DNA from: Octopus bimaculoides
Lineage: Eukaryota
Assembly: GCF_001194135.2 (NCBI RefSeq)
Contig: NC_068988.1
Coordinates: 78,840,174-78,904,173 of the forward strand
Direction of reading: 5' to 3'
DNA: 64,000 nt
Below the pieces are notes generated by a model, which saw nothing but the letters and a program-made list of their open reading frames with translations, did no database searches and had not been told where the DNA came from. Of this stretch, positions 39,201 to 50,261 are shown piece after piece; position 1 is the stretch's first letter; each line of letters starts with the position of its first letter. Position numbers and translations under genes: made by a program.

Positions 39201-39823
39201 GTCTCAATTGCTTCTGTTGGGATTGTCAGATTTGCCCAATTGTTCTCTGCTCCCTATTTGTGAGGTCTACAGTATATCGGTGTTTGGTCTTGGCTGTTAC
39301 TGCTGCAAAACTATCTTTTATATTTTTATTTGCATTGTTTTCGTTGTTGTTTTAGTTGTTGTCACTGTTGCTGCTGCTGCTGCTGTTGTTGTTGTCGTTC
39401 TTATCGATGTCGTTGGTATCGGTTTTGTTGTTGTTGCTTGTCGCCACTTTTGATGTCGTTGTTGTTATTGTTGTTGCTATCGCTGCTGCCACTGCTGTTG
39501 CTTTCTTTTTCGTGGCTGTTGCTGCTCTCACTACTACTACTACTACTACTATTGCTGCGGCTACTGTCAATGTTGCCGCTGCTGCTGTTGTCATTTCAAC
39601 CGCTATTAGTGTTTCTGATTCTATTATTGCTACTATGCGTTGCACTTTGTACCATGTCGATCTTGTTCTTCTCCTCCTCCCCTTCCCCTATTGTGTTGCC
39701 CGTGACAGAGGGACGGGGAGAGAAGTCTTCATTTGTTACCATATTGGTAGGAGGGTTTGTTTTATTTTTCCTCAACTCTTTCAAGGCGAATTCTGCCATC
39801 CTGTTGAGTTGTATTGATTCCAT
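36270..39823 (-). mobile_element. Tx1/L1-clade non-LTR retrotransposon fossil: ORF1, APE endonuclease and N-terminal RT, 3'-truncated
   Basis: ORF1 remnants 39823->~38150 include a low-complexity N-terminus, SFAAV and the zinc knuckle CFRCRETTHLGARYP (~38680-38727). ORF2 starts at about 38020: LRVGFLHVRGL, LVAVYVP, LLLVGDWNGIL, SYIDRIF, YSDHKFV, GPGYWKLN; then LDGLPHL, DNFRPITLLNTKFKILAKVL, SKAFDRVEH, VR*VCPLS..LYVLILEPFLRKL. It stops before YADD. Confidence 0.93.
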
Positions 39824-40056
39824 TAAATTTCAACGCCCACTGAATTTATTTGGTGGGCCGAAAATCGCCCCTCTAGTGGCTACACAACCATATAAAACCA
39901 GTAATAGGTTCCTGGTGCTTCTATTCACAACTTGGAATAAAATAATTATTGCAAAAAGACACTAAACCTGGTGTAAATAAATCTTTTGAAACGAACTTAC
40001 TTGGAGCGTTCGAAAATTCGTCCGATGTGTTCCGCAGCAAATATAATAATAATAAT

Positions 40057-40228
40057 TTCAAATTTTGGCAGAAGGCTAGCAAGTTCGGGGAGTGTAAATC
40101 GATTACATCGACTCCGAAAGGATGAAATGCAAAGTCGACCTGAGCGGAATTTGAACTCAGAACGTCAAGAAGGGTCTAATGCTGTAAAGTATTTTGCCCG
40201 ATGTGCTAACGATTCTGCCAACTCAGCT
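40057..40228 (-). mobile_element. SINE family B, internally deleted copy
   Basis: GCAAAGTCGACCTGAGCGGAATTTGAACTCAGAACG and TGCTAACGATTCTGCCA; (AAT)n tail on the left. Confidence 0.85.
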
Positions 40229-40267
40229 TTTTAACAGCAACAACGGCAATAGTAATAATAATAATCC

Positions 40268-40469
40268 TTTCAAAGCCTGAAGTTTGGCGGGAGGGGGTAA
40301 GTCGATTACATCGACCCCAATGTTTCACTGGTACTTAATTTATCGACTCCGAAAGGATGAAAAAATCAAAGTCGACATCGGTAGAATTTGAACTCAGAAC
40401 ATAGACACGGACGAGGTGCCGCTAAGCATTTTGTCCGGCGTGCTAGCGATTCTGCCAGTTCGTCGCCTT
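40268..40469 (-). mobile_element. SINE family B, full length, tandem to the previous copy
   Basis: GTCGATTACATCGACCCC...GGTACTTAATTTATCGACTCCGAAAGGATG...GATTCTGCCAGTTCGTCGCCTT. Confidence 0.92.
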
Positions 40470-42079
40470 AACACCAATAACAACAGCAATAAGAAGAATA
40501 AGAAACATAATAATTTATATAATTGTTTCATGCAATAGCTTTTCCTACCAGTGTTCGATATATAATTTGGTGTTTACAAATTATCATTAAGTATAGGCTA
40601 AGAAGTTTTCAAATGTCAACATGTTAGTAATTATGCGATAAATCGATTCATAGATCGATGATTTTATGATTGTCTGTTTGACTGGTTCCTAGAGATGTTT
40701 CTTAAAGCTATACAATTCGATTAACTGAACGACGTGGTAACCCTACAAATTGAGTATCAAATTATGTAGCAAAATACCGGTAATAGTTTGTATTTCTTCA
40801 TTGATATTGGTACAATGTTCATGTCTATGGTACATAATTTTCACTGTAATTGTTACTTAATCCCAAATTCAGCTATGATCGAGCAAATCTGTAATTAAAG
40901 ACGTTTCCAGCGTAGCTACTCATATTTATTTTAAGTTATTTTTTATAGTAGGATTATATAATGCATCTAGCACGTTTTATAATCCTATCAGGTCTTCCTT
41001 TTTTAAGACAGTAGTGTGTGATTTAGAGCAATTCGGAGTACTATTTCTCGAAAGTTTAGTGACCTCAGATACTTCCTCTAATCACTGATTCTTTACAGGC
41101 TTAACAAGCACCCATAAATCACTAACGTTTAAAGCCACTCGGAAAATGGAGCACGTGATCTGTGTGATTGTGTGACATCAATAAATAAATAACGAACCGT
41201 ATCATAAAACAGTTTGAAATCGAAATGAATATTTATCAGACGCCTACTGTTTATCATAATGGTTGTCAATGCACACTTCTACATTCGATTCCACTTGAGA
41301 GTACATTTAAAAAGATAACCGGAATATTGTTGACGAGTTAGTTGCATTAACTATGATATCTCAAAATCTGGTAAACAAGCTTGAAAACAATTTGAGTGCA
41401 AGTTGACACCATAGTGTTTATTTGTTGATTGGCTTTGCTTGCTATCTGGAAAGGAAATTAGATGAGATTTGATATCACCTAAATAGATTTTCAACAGATA
41501 TAATAGCCGTTCTAATAGTTTATTAGTATTTTACATTCTAAAAGCTTTCAAATGATATGGTTGACACAGTAAGCATCTTTCATTTGTATTGTCTTCTTTA
41601 TTTTTCATTTTAAAATCTCTTCTGTTTCTCTACTATCCACTTACAAAAGCACTGACTACAGTGTGGTGAGAGCAATTCAGAAAAATAACACCACTAAATA
41701 AAGACTTGTGAATCAATTGACTTCCTATCAAAAATGTACTGAAACTTGTCTTTGAGAAAGAGATAGAGTTTAAAGTGATGGCTGACAACAATCCCATAAA
41801 AAGAAGAAAAGTACTGATGTTCTAATGAGAAGACCTAACTCGACATCAGTAGCACATCTTATGTTATTTTGGTAGGAAGATAACTGATCAGATTTTCAGC
41901 AAAATAGCGATCTGAGTACTGACTAGGCAATTTCCACAAGGAGAGAGATAGGACTGAACGTAATCGATTAGTATCTTCGTAGAGTTTAGATGTGCTGCTG
42001 TTCTTCGAGTAGGGTGGTTGTAAGTAGGATTACATCAATGATTCATGAAGCGATCCAAAAGCAACTATTTTTATATATA

Positions 42080-42127
<48 letters not shown>

Positions 42128-42379
42128 CCTTCTGAACGGTGTCAGTTGACGGATTTCAAATGAAGAAGTCCTTGATACAGCAGCCCCTATTAAAACGGAA
42201 CTCCAGCAGCTAGCTGGATTAAGGACCGCTTCACCTATATGCCTGATCCTAACATCCATAAGAGAAAATGCTGCTGTACAGTCCTCCGGTTTGCCCCACA
42301 TTTCTCACTCAACGTGAAAACCTGCGTGGGAAGGCTCTTCCTTAGATTAATGGAGAGCGTTTAACAAAGGGCCATAAGT

Positions 42380-42745
42380 ATCAGAAATTATTCGATAGAT
42401 TTAACTGAAGGGTTTCCTTCAGATGGGCATCTAGTACAAAAAAAAAATATGAACGCCTCAAAGTTCTAAGCAAAGGTGGGAAGCTCAGTAAGGGTTGATG
42501 ATTAACTCACTGTTAATCCTAGATCGTCGATGCAATATAGAGACAGTGGTCCATAAAGTAGAAGTAGGAGGAATACACACAAAGAAATATATTGGAGTAA
42601 CAGAAAGCTCCATTCAAGACATGCCAAATAATCTTAGATTTTTTTTTTTTAGAATGCATGGGAGTTACGATATTATAAAATTATCCACCTATATATGGTA
42701 ATTAATAAAGGAAGGAATGCCGTACAAAATCAAGAGATAATTGAG
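42380..42745 (+). mobile_element. Penelope-like element fragment (GIY-YIG endonuclease)
   Basis: CNIETVVHKVEVGGIHTKKYIGVTES...KLSTYIW*LIKEGMPYKIK matches the Penelope endonuclease pattern C....VVY..V.....K.YIG.TE....LS.YIW.L.....Y.IK. Confidence 0.75.
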
Positions 42746-42792
42746 CTGTCCCTTCTTGTTCATTACTACACACATACACACACACGCATACA

Positions 42793-42838
<46 letters not shown>

Positions 42839-42899
42839 CACACACACACACACACAAACATACATACATATGTATATATATATACACAATGTATGCGTA

Positions 42900-43772
42900 C
42901 AGGGTATCCAAAAAATGCACACCCACTTTAACAGATGATGCTTCGCTTAATTTTCACTTCTTTTTTTAGATTTAACCCACTAGAAAGAATGAAAGGAACT
43001 AGACTATGCTTTCATCTGAGGACTGTTATTCTAAAGTGGTACTGGAAATTTGAAAACACAGTCGATGCACGACAGTGTGTTTCAAACACATCCACCAACG
43101 CGATTTACTAACACTCGAATGAGTGAGAGGTCAGAAGCATGTGGAACTGTGCATGATATGGGAGACCGCACTAAGGACAAGACCCACAAAGCTAGAATGG
43201 GTGTTAGAAACGTATTGCCAGAATCCAAGAAAATCTACGACAAGAGTTTTAAAAACAAGCGTCGTCCATCACATTTTAAAACATTGTCATTAGAAAAGAA
43301 TTATTCGAAGAACTACATTTCCTCGATGAAGATGGTCCGTACCGAAGAGTGGTATTTGCAAGTGATATACCTGGCAAAATATTGCAAGAAGTACAATTTC
43401 CAACAAAGATTGTTTAAAGAGACGATGCTACATTTAAATTAAATGGTTGAATTAATCGCATTAATTGCTTGCACCCCCTGCATATTGCGCAGAAGCAACA
43501 TATTAATTTAATAGAGTATGGTGCGGTTTAATTGGATTGATTAGACCAGCCTTTTTGGACGGTACTATAACTGCTCCGATTTACTTCAACTCGCTACAAC
43601 AATCTGTCACGCTGGGATTCAAGTGGAATTTGAAGATGTCGATTTTAATCACAGCCAGATAGGACACCTCCACACAGCCATCGTTAATGTAAGGGTGCCT
43701 ACTTTCATGAGATTTTACCAAACGAGTGAAAAGGACGAAGTGGTTCACTAGAATACTGTCCTCGTTCACCCA
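42900..43772 (+). mobile_element. Tc1/mariner-superfamily transposon fossil (left TIR plus transposase pseudogene, 3'-truncated)
   Basis: TA at 42898-42899 is followed by the TIR-like CAGGGTATCCAAAAAATGCACACCCACTTTAACAGATG. From ATG 42989: [78 protein letters not shown]. No right TIR found. Confidence 0.9.
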
Positions 43773-45584
43773 GAAATGGTTAGCAAATTATTACTGTGCC
43801 TCTAGTTTGGAAGATGCCAATCAGTTTTGTTTTTTTTGTTTTTTTCAGTGAAGTGCAGTATTTTTAGGCTTTTATGATAATCAGTAGTTAAATAGACCGG
43901 TGCACCTATGATAAAAAGGAGAAAGGTAAATTATAGCCCATATATAAAAACTGTATGCATTTCTGTCTGTCTGTCTGTTTGTATGTATGTATGCGTATTA
44001 TTAGTTGATTTCAAAGGCCTTCTATCACTAGTGAAACTGATATTGTTAATGTCCCATTTACATCGTAGTAATTGGACGACAGCAGCAAAGGTGTGCAGGG
44101 AGGAAATTCCGAGGGAACAAAGTTTTAAGAAGAAAAAAACTACTGTGTTGGTTTATACAGGGTCGGAGAGCTGGACATAATGTGGGTGACCAAAGTAGAG
44201 GTCAGTAAGAGGAGAGATGTGGAAAGGAACAGAGGCCATTGTAAGTAAGGGTTGGAAAGGCAAAGGGGAGAAAATAAGTTTGTGGATTAAAGTTGGAGTG
44301 TGATGGCTAGTCATTGGTCTGGTAGCTTTCTCTCAATGCATTGCAGGATTTCTGTGTGTGTGTGTGTGGCTGTCACCCATATCAGAATTGGGATCAACAA
44401 ACTATTGTAGATCTCACTTGAGTTTTGTAGATGTAAGTAGTTTCTGTCTCAAAAGAGAAAGACCTATCTTTGCGATAGTGTGGACTATTATTTGAAGAGC
44501 ATGGATTGGCTCTAGGTTTGTGCTGCTCATGCATAAGGAGGAGGACGGTTATTATGTTTTCTTGAATTGCTAATTCAAAAGAGGAAAGAGAGTAAGGTGA
44601 GGGGAAAGCCAAATCCCGGGATATATACGTTTGTTGATTACCCTCTATTTTCGGTTTTCTATAGCAAAACAAGAAATTCATAACTTTCCAAGAAATGGTC
44701 GATTTCAAGCAAGAATTGATTTCTACCATGTGTGTGCGTGTGTATTTTGTATCCATATGCTTACGTACATACATACNNNNNNNNNNNNNNNNNNNNNNNN
44801 NNNNNNNNNNNNNNNNNNNNNNNNNNNNNNNNNNNNNNNNNNNNNNNNNNNNNNNNNNNNNNNNNNNNNNNNNNNNNNNNNNNNNNNNNNNNNNNNNNNN
44901 NNNNNNNNNNNNNNNNNNNNNNNNNNNNNNNNNNNNNNNNNNNNNNNNNNNNNNNNNNNNNNNNNNNNNNNNNNNNNNNNNNNNNNNNNNNNNNNNNNNN
45001 NNNNNNNNNNNNNNNNNNNNNNNNNNNNNNNNNNNNNNNNNNNNNNNNNNNNNNNNNNNNNNNNNNNNNNNNNNNNNNNNNNNNNNNNNNNNNNNNNNNN
45101 NNNNNNNNNNNNNNNNNNNNNNNNNNNNNNNNNNNNNNNNNNNNNNNNNNNNNNNNNNNNNNNNNNNNNNNNNNNNNNNNNNNNNNNNNNNNNNNNNNNN
45201 NNNNNNNNNNNNNNNNNNNNNNNNNNNNNNNNNNNNNNNNNNNNNNNNNNNNNNNNNNNNNNNNNNNNNNNNNNNNNNNNNNNNNNNNNNNNNNNNNNNN
45301 NNNNNNNNNNNNNNNNNNNNNNNNNNNNNNNNNNNNNNNNNNNNNNNNNNNNNNNNNNNNNNNNNNNNNNNNNNNNNNNNNNNNNNNNNNNNNNNNNNNN
45401 NNNNNNNNNNNNNNNNNNNNNNNNNNNNNNNNNNNNNNNNNNNNNNNNNNNNNNNNNNNNNNNNNNNNNNNNNNNNNNNNNNNNNNNNNNNNNNNNNNNN
45501 NNNNNNNNNNNNNNNNNNNNNNNNNNNNNNNNNNNNNNNATATATGTCTGTATGTATGTATATCTGTGTCTTTACGTGTGTTCA

Positions 45585-45624
<40 letters not shown>

Positions 45625-45849
45625 TGTGTACATGAGTATGTGTGTCGGCGTGGGGACTGTAATTGCAAGAGTGTGTCTGCGGCTGAGTCTTGCGTATACA
45701 TACGTGTGTTATTGTTAAACAATGCTTTGTTCTGCCTCTCTCCATACCCGATATTTCTTCTACCACCTCTTCCCCGCATGTTCTTCTTCCCTCTCTATCC
45801 TCCTTCCTACTTATCACAAACACACAGACACTGACACACAGACGTTGAC

Positions 45850-45883
<34 letters not shown>

Positions 45884-46073
45884 GAACAAACACACACGCA
45901 TATTTACAAACACCTATAGACGCATAGACATTATACAAGGTGTGCCAGCTTTCCATCTGAATTAGGTCATACTGCCCTGCATGAATATATAACAATAGTG
46001 TATGAAATTCTTCTCAACAACCTGTCAGCTACATTTAGGAGTTACCGATCGATAGAAGCAAACTGAAAGAAAG

Positions 46074-46108
<35 letters not shown>

Positions 46109-46574
46109 GAGAGAATGAGAAAGGAAGAGCAAAAGAAAAGAGAGAGAGAGAAAGAGGAGTGAGAGAAAGAATCATACACACAGACACAGTAAAGAGCGAC
46201 AGACAGACACACACACACACGCTCACAAACACACACTTTGAGTAACATATACAAACGCAGGGACACAGACCATATAGGAGATAAATAGATGTTCGCGTTC
46301 ACTCAAACAACAGACAAATATATTCTGGCATTCATCTCTTCTCTGTCTATCTGTCTGTCTGTATGTCTCCCCTCTCTCTGTCTCCCCTCTCTGTCTGTCT
46401 GTCTGTCTGTCTCTCTCTGTCACCCCTCACTGCCCTTCCTCTCTCTCTATCTCTCTCTCTTCTTTCGTCAGCTACTTTTCTCTCAAATACAATCTAATGA
46501 TTATAGCTGCATACGCTTATATATGTATAAATGCATATATAAATGCACACGTACATACACAAATACATATACAG

Positions 46575-46995
46575 ATTCAAATCTGGCTGTGTAGTAATAA
46601 GGTTGCTTCCTAACGACATGGCTCTGGGTTCAGTCCCACTGCGTGGCTCTTTGGGCAAGTGTCTTTTACTACAGCCTCGTGCCGACCAAGGCCTTGTGAG
46701 CGGATATGGTAAAAAGAAACTGAAAGAATCCCGTCGTATATATATATGTATATAATGTATTTATATATGTGTGTATGTATCTATGTGTCTGTGATTGTAC
46801 ACCCACCACCGCTTGACAACCGCTATTGATGCGTTTACGTCCCTGTGAACTAGCAGTCCGTGAAATGTGTCCGATAGAATGAGTACCAGGCTCTAAAGAA
46901 TAAGTCCTGGGATTGATTTGCTCGACTAAAATCCTTCAAGACAGTAATCCAGCATGCATGGCCACAGTCAAAAATGACTGAAGCAAGTAAAATAT
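46575..46995 (+). mobile_element. SINE family A, full length, diverged
   Basis: TGGCTGTGTAGTAA...GGGTTCAGTCCCACTGCGTGGC, TTGGGCAAGTGTCTT, internal (TA/TG)n, tail CCAGCATG..GGCCACAGTCAAAAATGACTGAAGCAAGTAAAA. Confidence 0.9.
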
Positions 46996-47154
46996 AACAT
47001 AAAGATGTATTTATATACATACTAGACTATCCGTTGGGTCACCTGGAAAGTCAGAGTTTCTCAGCAACGAAGTTTTGTTCCGGGGTTTTTTTTTCTTTTC
47101 CAGGTTATTTCGCATGCTTTCTGCGAATGTGACAGCGAAATCCCGCGTAAAGGA

Positions 47155-47274
47155 AAGATTTGGCTTCTCTTTCTTGCACGCCCTGCTACCATGTAACAGA
47201 TCCTATTTCGGGTCCTTTATCGCAAATACCTGTTACGTAGTAGCAGGGCATGCCAGAAATAGCAGCCAAATTTT
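47155..47274. other. ~120-nt long imperfect hairpin
   Basis: Near-continuous pairing of 47155-47199 with 47230-47274, including GCCCTGCTAC/GTAGCAGGGC and GTAACAG/CTGTTAC, plus an apical stem TATTTCG/CG(C)AAATA. Confidence 0.8.
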
Positions 47275-47426
47275 CGGAGTTGAGATACGTTGAAGGCACT
47301 CCAAATACTTTTTGTAATGGTATTCCCTCGGAGCGATCTTTCGCTTTGACTCTCAGAACTGTCATCCGGCTCAGCTGGTTTTGTTCATTAATTTCTGTAA
47401 AATATTTTTTATTTATTTACTTTTGT

Positions 47427-47503
47427 TTTAAAGTGAAAGAGAGGAGAAAGTGAAAGATGTATGAACGTGTATATGAAATGGACGTGTCTGTGTGTGTGTG
47501 TGT

Positions 47504-47538
<35 letters not shown>

Positions 47539-47675
47539 TTACACATACATGAGAACACACACGTTCATTCACTCACTCACTCTCTCTCCCTCTCTCTCTC
47601 TTCCACACAAACACACACGTCCATTTCATATAAACTTACGTACATCTTTTACTTTCTCCTCTCTTTCACTTTAAA
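47427..47675. mobile_element. Fold-back element with microsatellite core; right end runs into a gap
   Basis: TTTAAAGTGAAAGAGAGGAGAAAGT.AAAGATGTA...ATATGAAATGGACGTGT matches the reverse complement of 47604-47675. The inner (GA)n and (CT)n tracts are also complementary. Confidence 0.88.
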
Positions 47676-48254
47676 NNNNNNNNNNNNNNNNNNNNNNNNN
47701 NNNNNNNNNNNNNNNNNNNNNNNNNNNNNNNNNNNNNNNNNNNNNNNNNNNNNNNNNNNNNNNNNNNNNNNNNNNNNNNNNNNNNNNNNNNNNNNNNNNN
47801 NNNNNNNNNNNNNNNNNNNNNNNNNNNNNNNNNNNNNNNNNNNNNNNNNNNNNNNNNNNNNNNNNNNNNNNNNNNNNNNNNNNNNNNNNNNNNNNNNNNN
47901 NNNNNNNNNNNNNNNNNNNNNNNNNNNNNNNNNNNNNNNNNNNNNNNNNNNNNNNNNNNNNNNNNNNNNNNNNNNNNNNNNNNNNNNNNNNNNNNNNNNN
48001 NNNNNNNNNNNNNNNNNNNNNNNNNNNNNNNNNNNNNNNNNNNNNNNNNNNNNNNNNNNNNNNNNNNNNNNNNNNNNNNNNNNNNNNNNNNNNNNNNNNN
48101 NNNNNNNNNNNNNNNNNNNNNNNNNNNNNNNNNNNNNNNNNNNNNNNNNNNNNNNNNNNNNNNNNNNNNNNNNNNNNNNNNNNNNNNNNNNNNNNNNNNN
48201 NNNNNNNNNNNNNNNNNNNNNNNNNNNNNNNNNNNNNNNNNNNNNNNNNNNNNN

Positions 48255-48291
<37 letters not shown>

Positions 48292-48555
48292 TACATACAT
48301 GCAACACACACACATACATCTATATATCTATATCTATCTAGCTAGCTATCTATATTTATACACACTCAAATCTAGGAAGTGAATATTCAACTTCTGTCAA
48401 TTGAAATAAAAGCAAAATATTTATAGACGCAAGATTTGATTTCTGTTTATCTGGTTTAAAGCCAGTTTGAATACTGCTATGCATGAAACTCTCGGTCCTT
48501 GAGTCACTTAGAATCTTCTGCTGATTACAAACACACACACACACACACACATGTT

Positions 48556-48790
48556 TTCGCTTGTTTCAGAGTAATTGTAATGTCGTAACGCTGGGGCATT
48601 ACTGTCGTACAATTGAAGGGTTTTTATCGAATAAATCGGCACTGGTGCCTTTCTTTTTTATTTTAAATTCTGGTACTTATTCTATTAATCACTTCCCGAT
48701 CCGGGAAGCACGTCCCTCGCAACTACCGGGGGACGTGCTGATTGTCAAACGGTAAGAGGGACGAGCACAAATCCATACACACATACACAC
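48556..48790 (-). mobile_element. Divergent SINE family A-related body/tail fragment
   Basis: CTTGTTTCAG...GCTGGGGCA, GAAGGGTTTTTATCGAATAAATCG and TGGTACTTATTCTAT match family A; the central segment is replaced by a GC-rich structured stretch. Confidence 0.6.
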
Positions 48791-49608
48791 ACACACATTC
48801 ACAGAAATTAATCAGTTCAAAAGTTCATCCCATGGCATCTTCTGAAAATGTCTTTCTTAGTATAGTTTAAACCGGAGCAATATTTCGTGAGGAAAATTCG
48901 GTAGACAAATAACTGTACACTCGTATATATAAAAGTTGACAAAATAGCGAAACTACGTAAATTCCATTCGATTTTAGTGCATATCCTTGCCTTTTGTCAT
49001 GAATGCTGGATAATAACCGAAAGAGAAAGATCGCGAATAGAAGTGACCAAAATGGTGTTCCCCTGGAGGATTCCTCGAGGGTCTCTAGAGTAACGTTTCT
49101 CGATAGGTTACGTAGATCGGAGTTCAAAGAGTTTCTCCAAATCGAGCCGCTACTTTTGCGCTTTGAGAAGTTATAGCTCCTGTATTACGAGTATGTTGCA
49201 GGAAAGAATCGCAAGACGTATTTTTCAAACCGAGCTAATCGGCAACGACATAAGTGTAGACCAAGAACGAAATGGTTGGATAATATCTATAATCTCAGTA
49301 GGTAAAGCTTGGAAATCCAGCCAGAGAGTCTAATGACTGTTGTTTATGATAGGCCTCAATGGAGGAGGTGTCTGAGTTTTCGACTCCCACGACCCTCTGG
49401 CTCAGCTGGAGCATCTCTTTGAAGGTCTTAGCTGTATTCCCTTTCCAATTATTTCAAGGAATATAGAAAAAGTAAATTTTACAATATATCAGTTTTTTTT
49501 AAATCTGAAATGACTAGAACATCACTTTAACAAAATATGTAACTTGTAATATACAGAGAGCCAGCTTAGCTAATCTTCAGGTCTTGTTACCTACAAGTTG
49601 TTTACATT

Positions 49609-49705
49609 GTCGCGTGGAGATGAACAAATGAATTACCAAACGAGCCACAGTAGGAATAATTCATGTTGTGAATTATGGTAATTCATTTGTTCATCTCCAC
49701 TCGAC
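49609..49705. other. 30-bp inverted repeat (1 mismatch) with 37-bp spacer
   Basis: GTCGCGTGGAGATGAACAAATGAATTACCA (49609-49638) vs TGGTAATTCATTTGTTCATCTCCACTCGAC (49676-49705). Confidence 0.95.
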
Positions 49706-50005
49706 CTGAGGATTAACTAAATGGGATCTATGCAAGTTACGTAGTAAATATTGTTTTAGCCATGAAACGATCGTAGTTCGTTTTTTAAAATTTTCATTCC
49801 TTACATTATCGGAATGTTCGCATTTTTAGCAACTTTATTTGCTAAGCTGTGTCTCGTACGCTGACTGTCTGCTTATCGAAGTTTTCTTTGATTTTAATAT
49901 GGGACAAAGTGTGTATTTTACGATGTTAATAACCGCGTTTTATCCATATTGTCCACTTTTTATCATCTATGCTAGCTGCATATATGCTCGGAGCTTACTT
50001 GGATC

Positions 50006-50039
<34 letters not shown>

Positions 50040-50261
50040 NNNNNNNNNNNNNNNNNNNNNNNNNTATATACATACATGCATTTATATGTGTGTGTATATG
50101 TGTGTGTGTATTTGTTCTTCAATTGTCTGAGGACGTGCTTGCTTCGTGCAGACCTTTATAAGTTGCATCTGTTGCTTGCTTTTATTGCGTAACATCATGT
50201 GTTGCCGAATACTGAAAGATACGTGACAACTGGAATAAATGAGTGCCAAGTTATGTCCATG

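Noticed and set aside
42130-42300. Possible exon or RTE fragment (ISNEEVL...)
   Set aside because: Only one short motif, no splice signals, and no consistent downstream homology.
44156-44200. TACAGGGT as the partner TIR of the mariner at 42900
   Set aside because: Same orientation as the left TIR, and similarity stops after about 8 nt.
47075-47293. Coding exon after the acceptor-like site at 47103
   Set aside because: The open frame overlaps a repeat-derived hairpin, resembles no protein I recognise, and has no clear donor.
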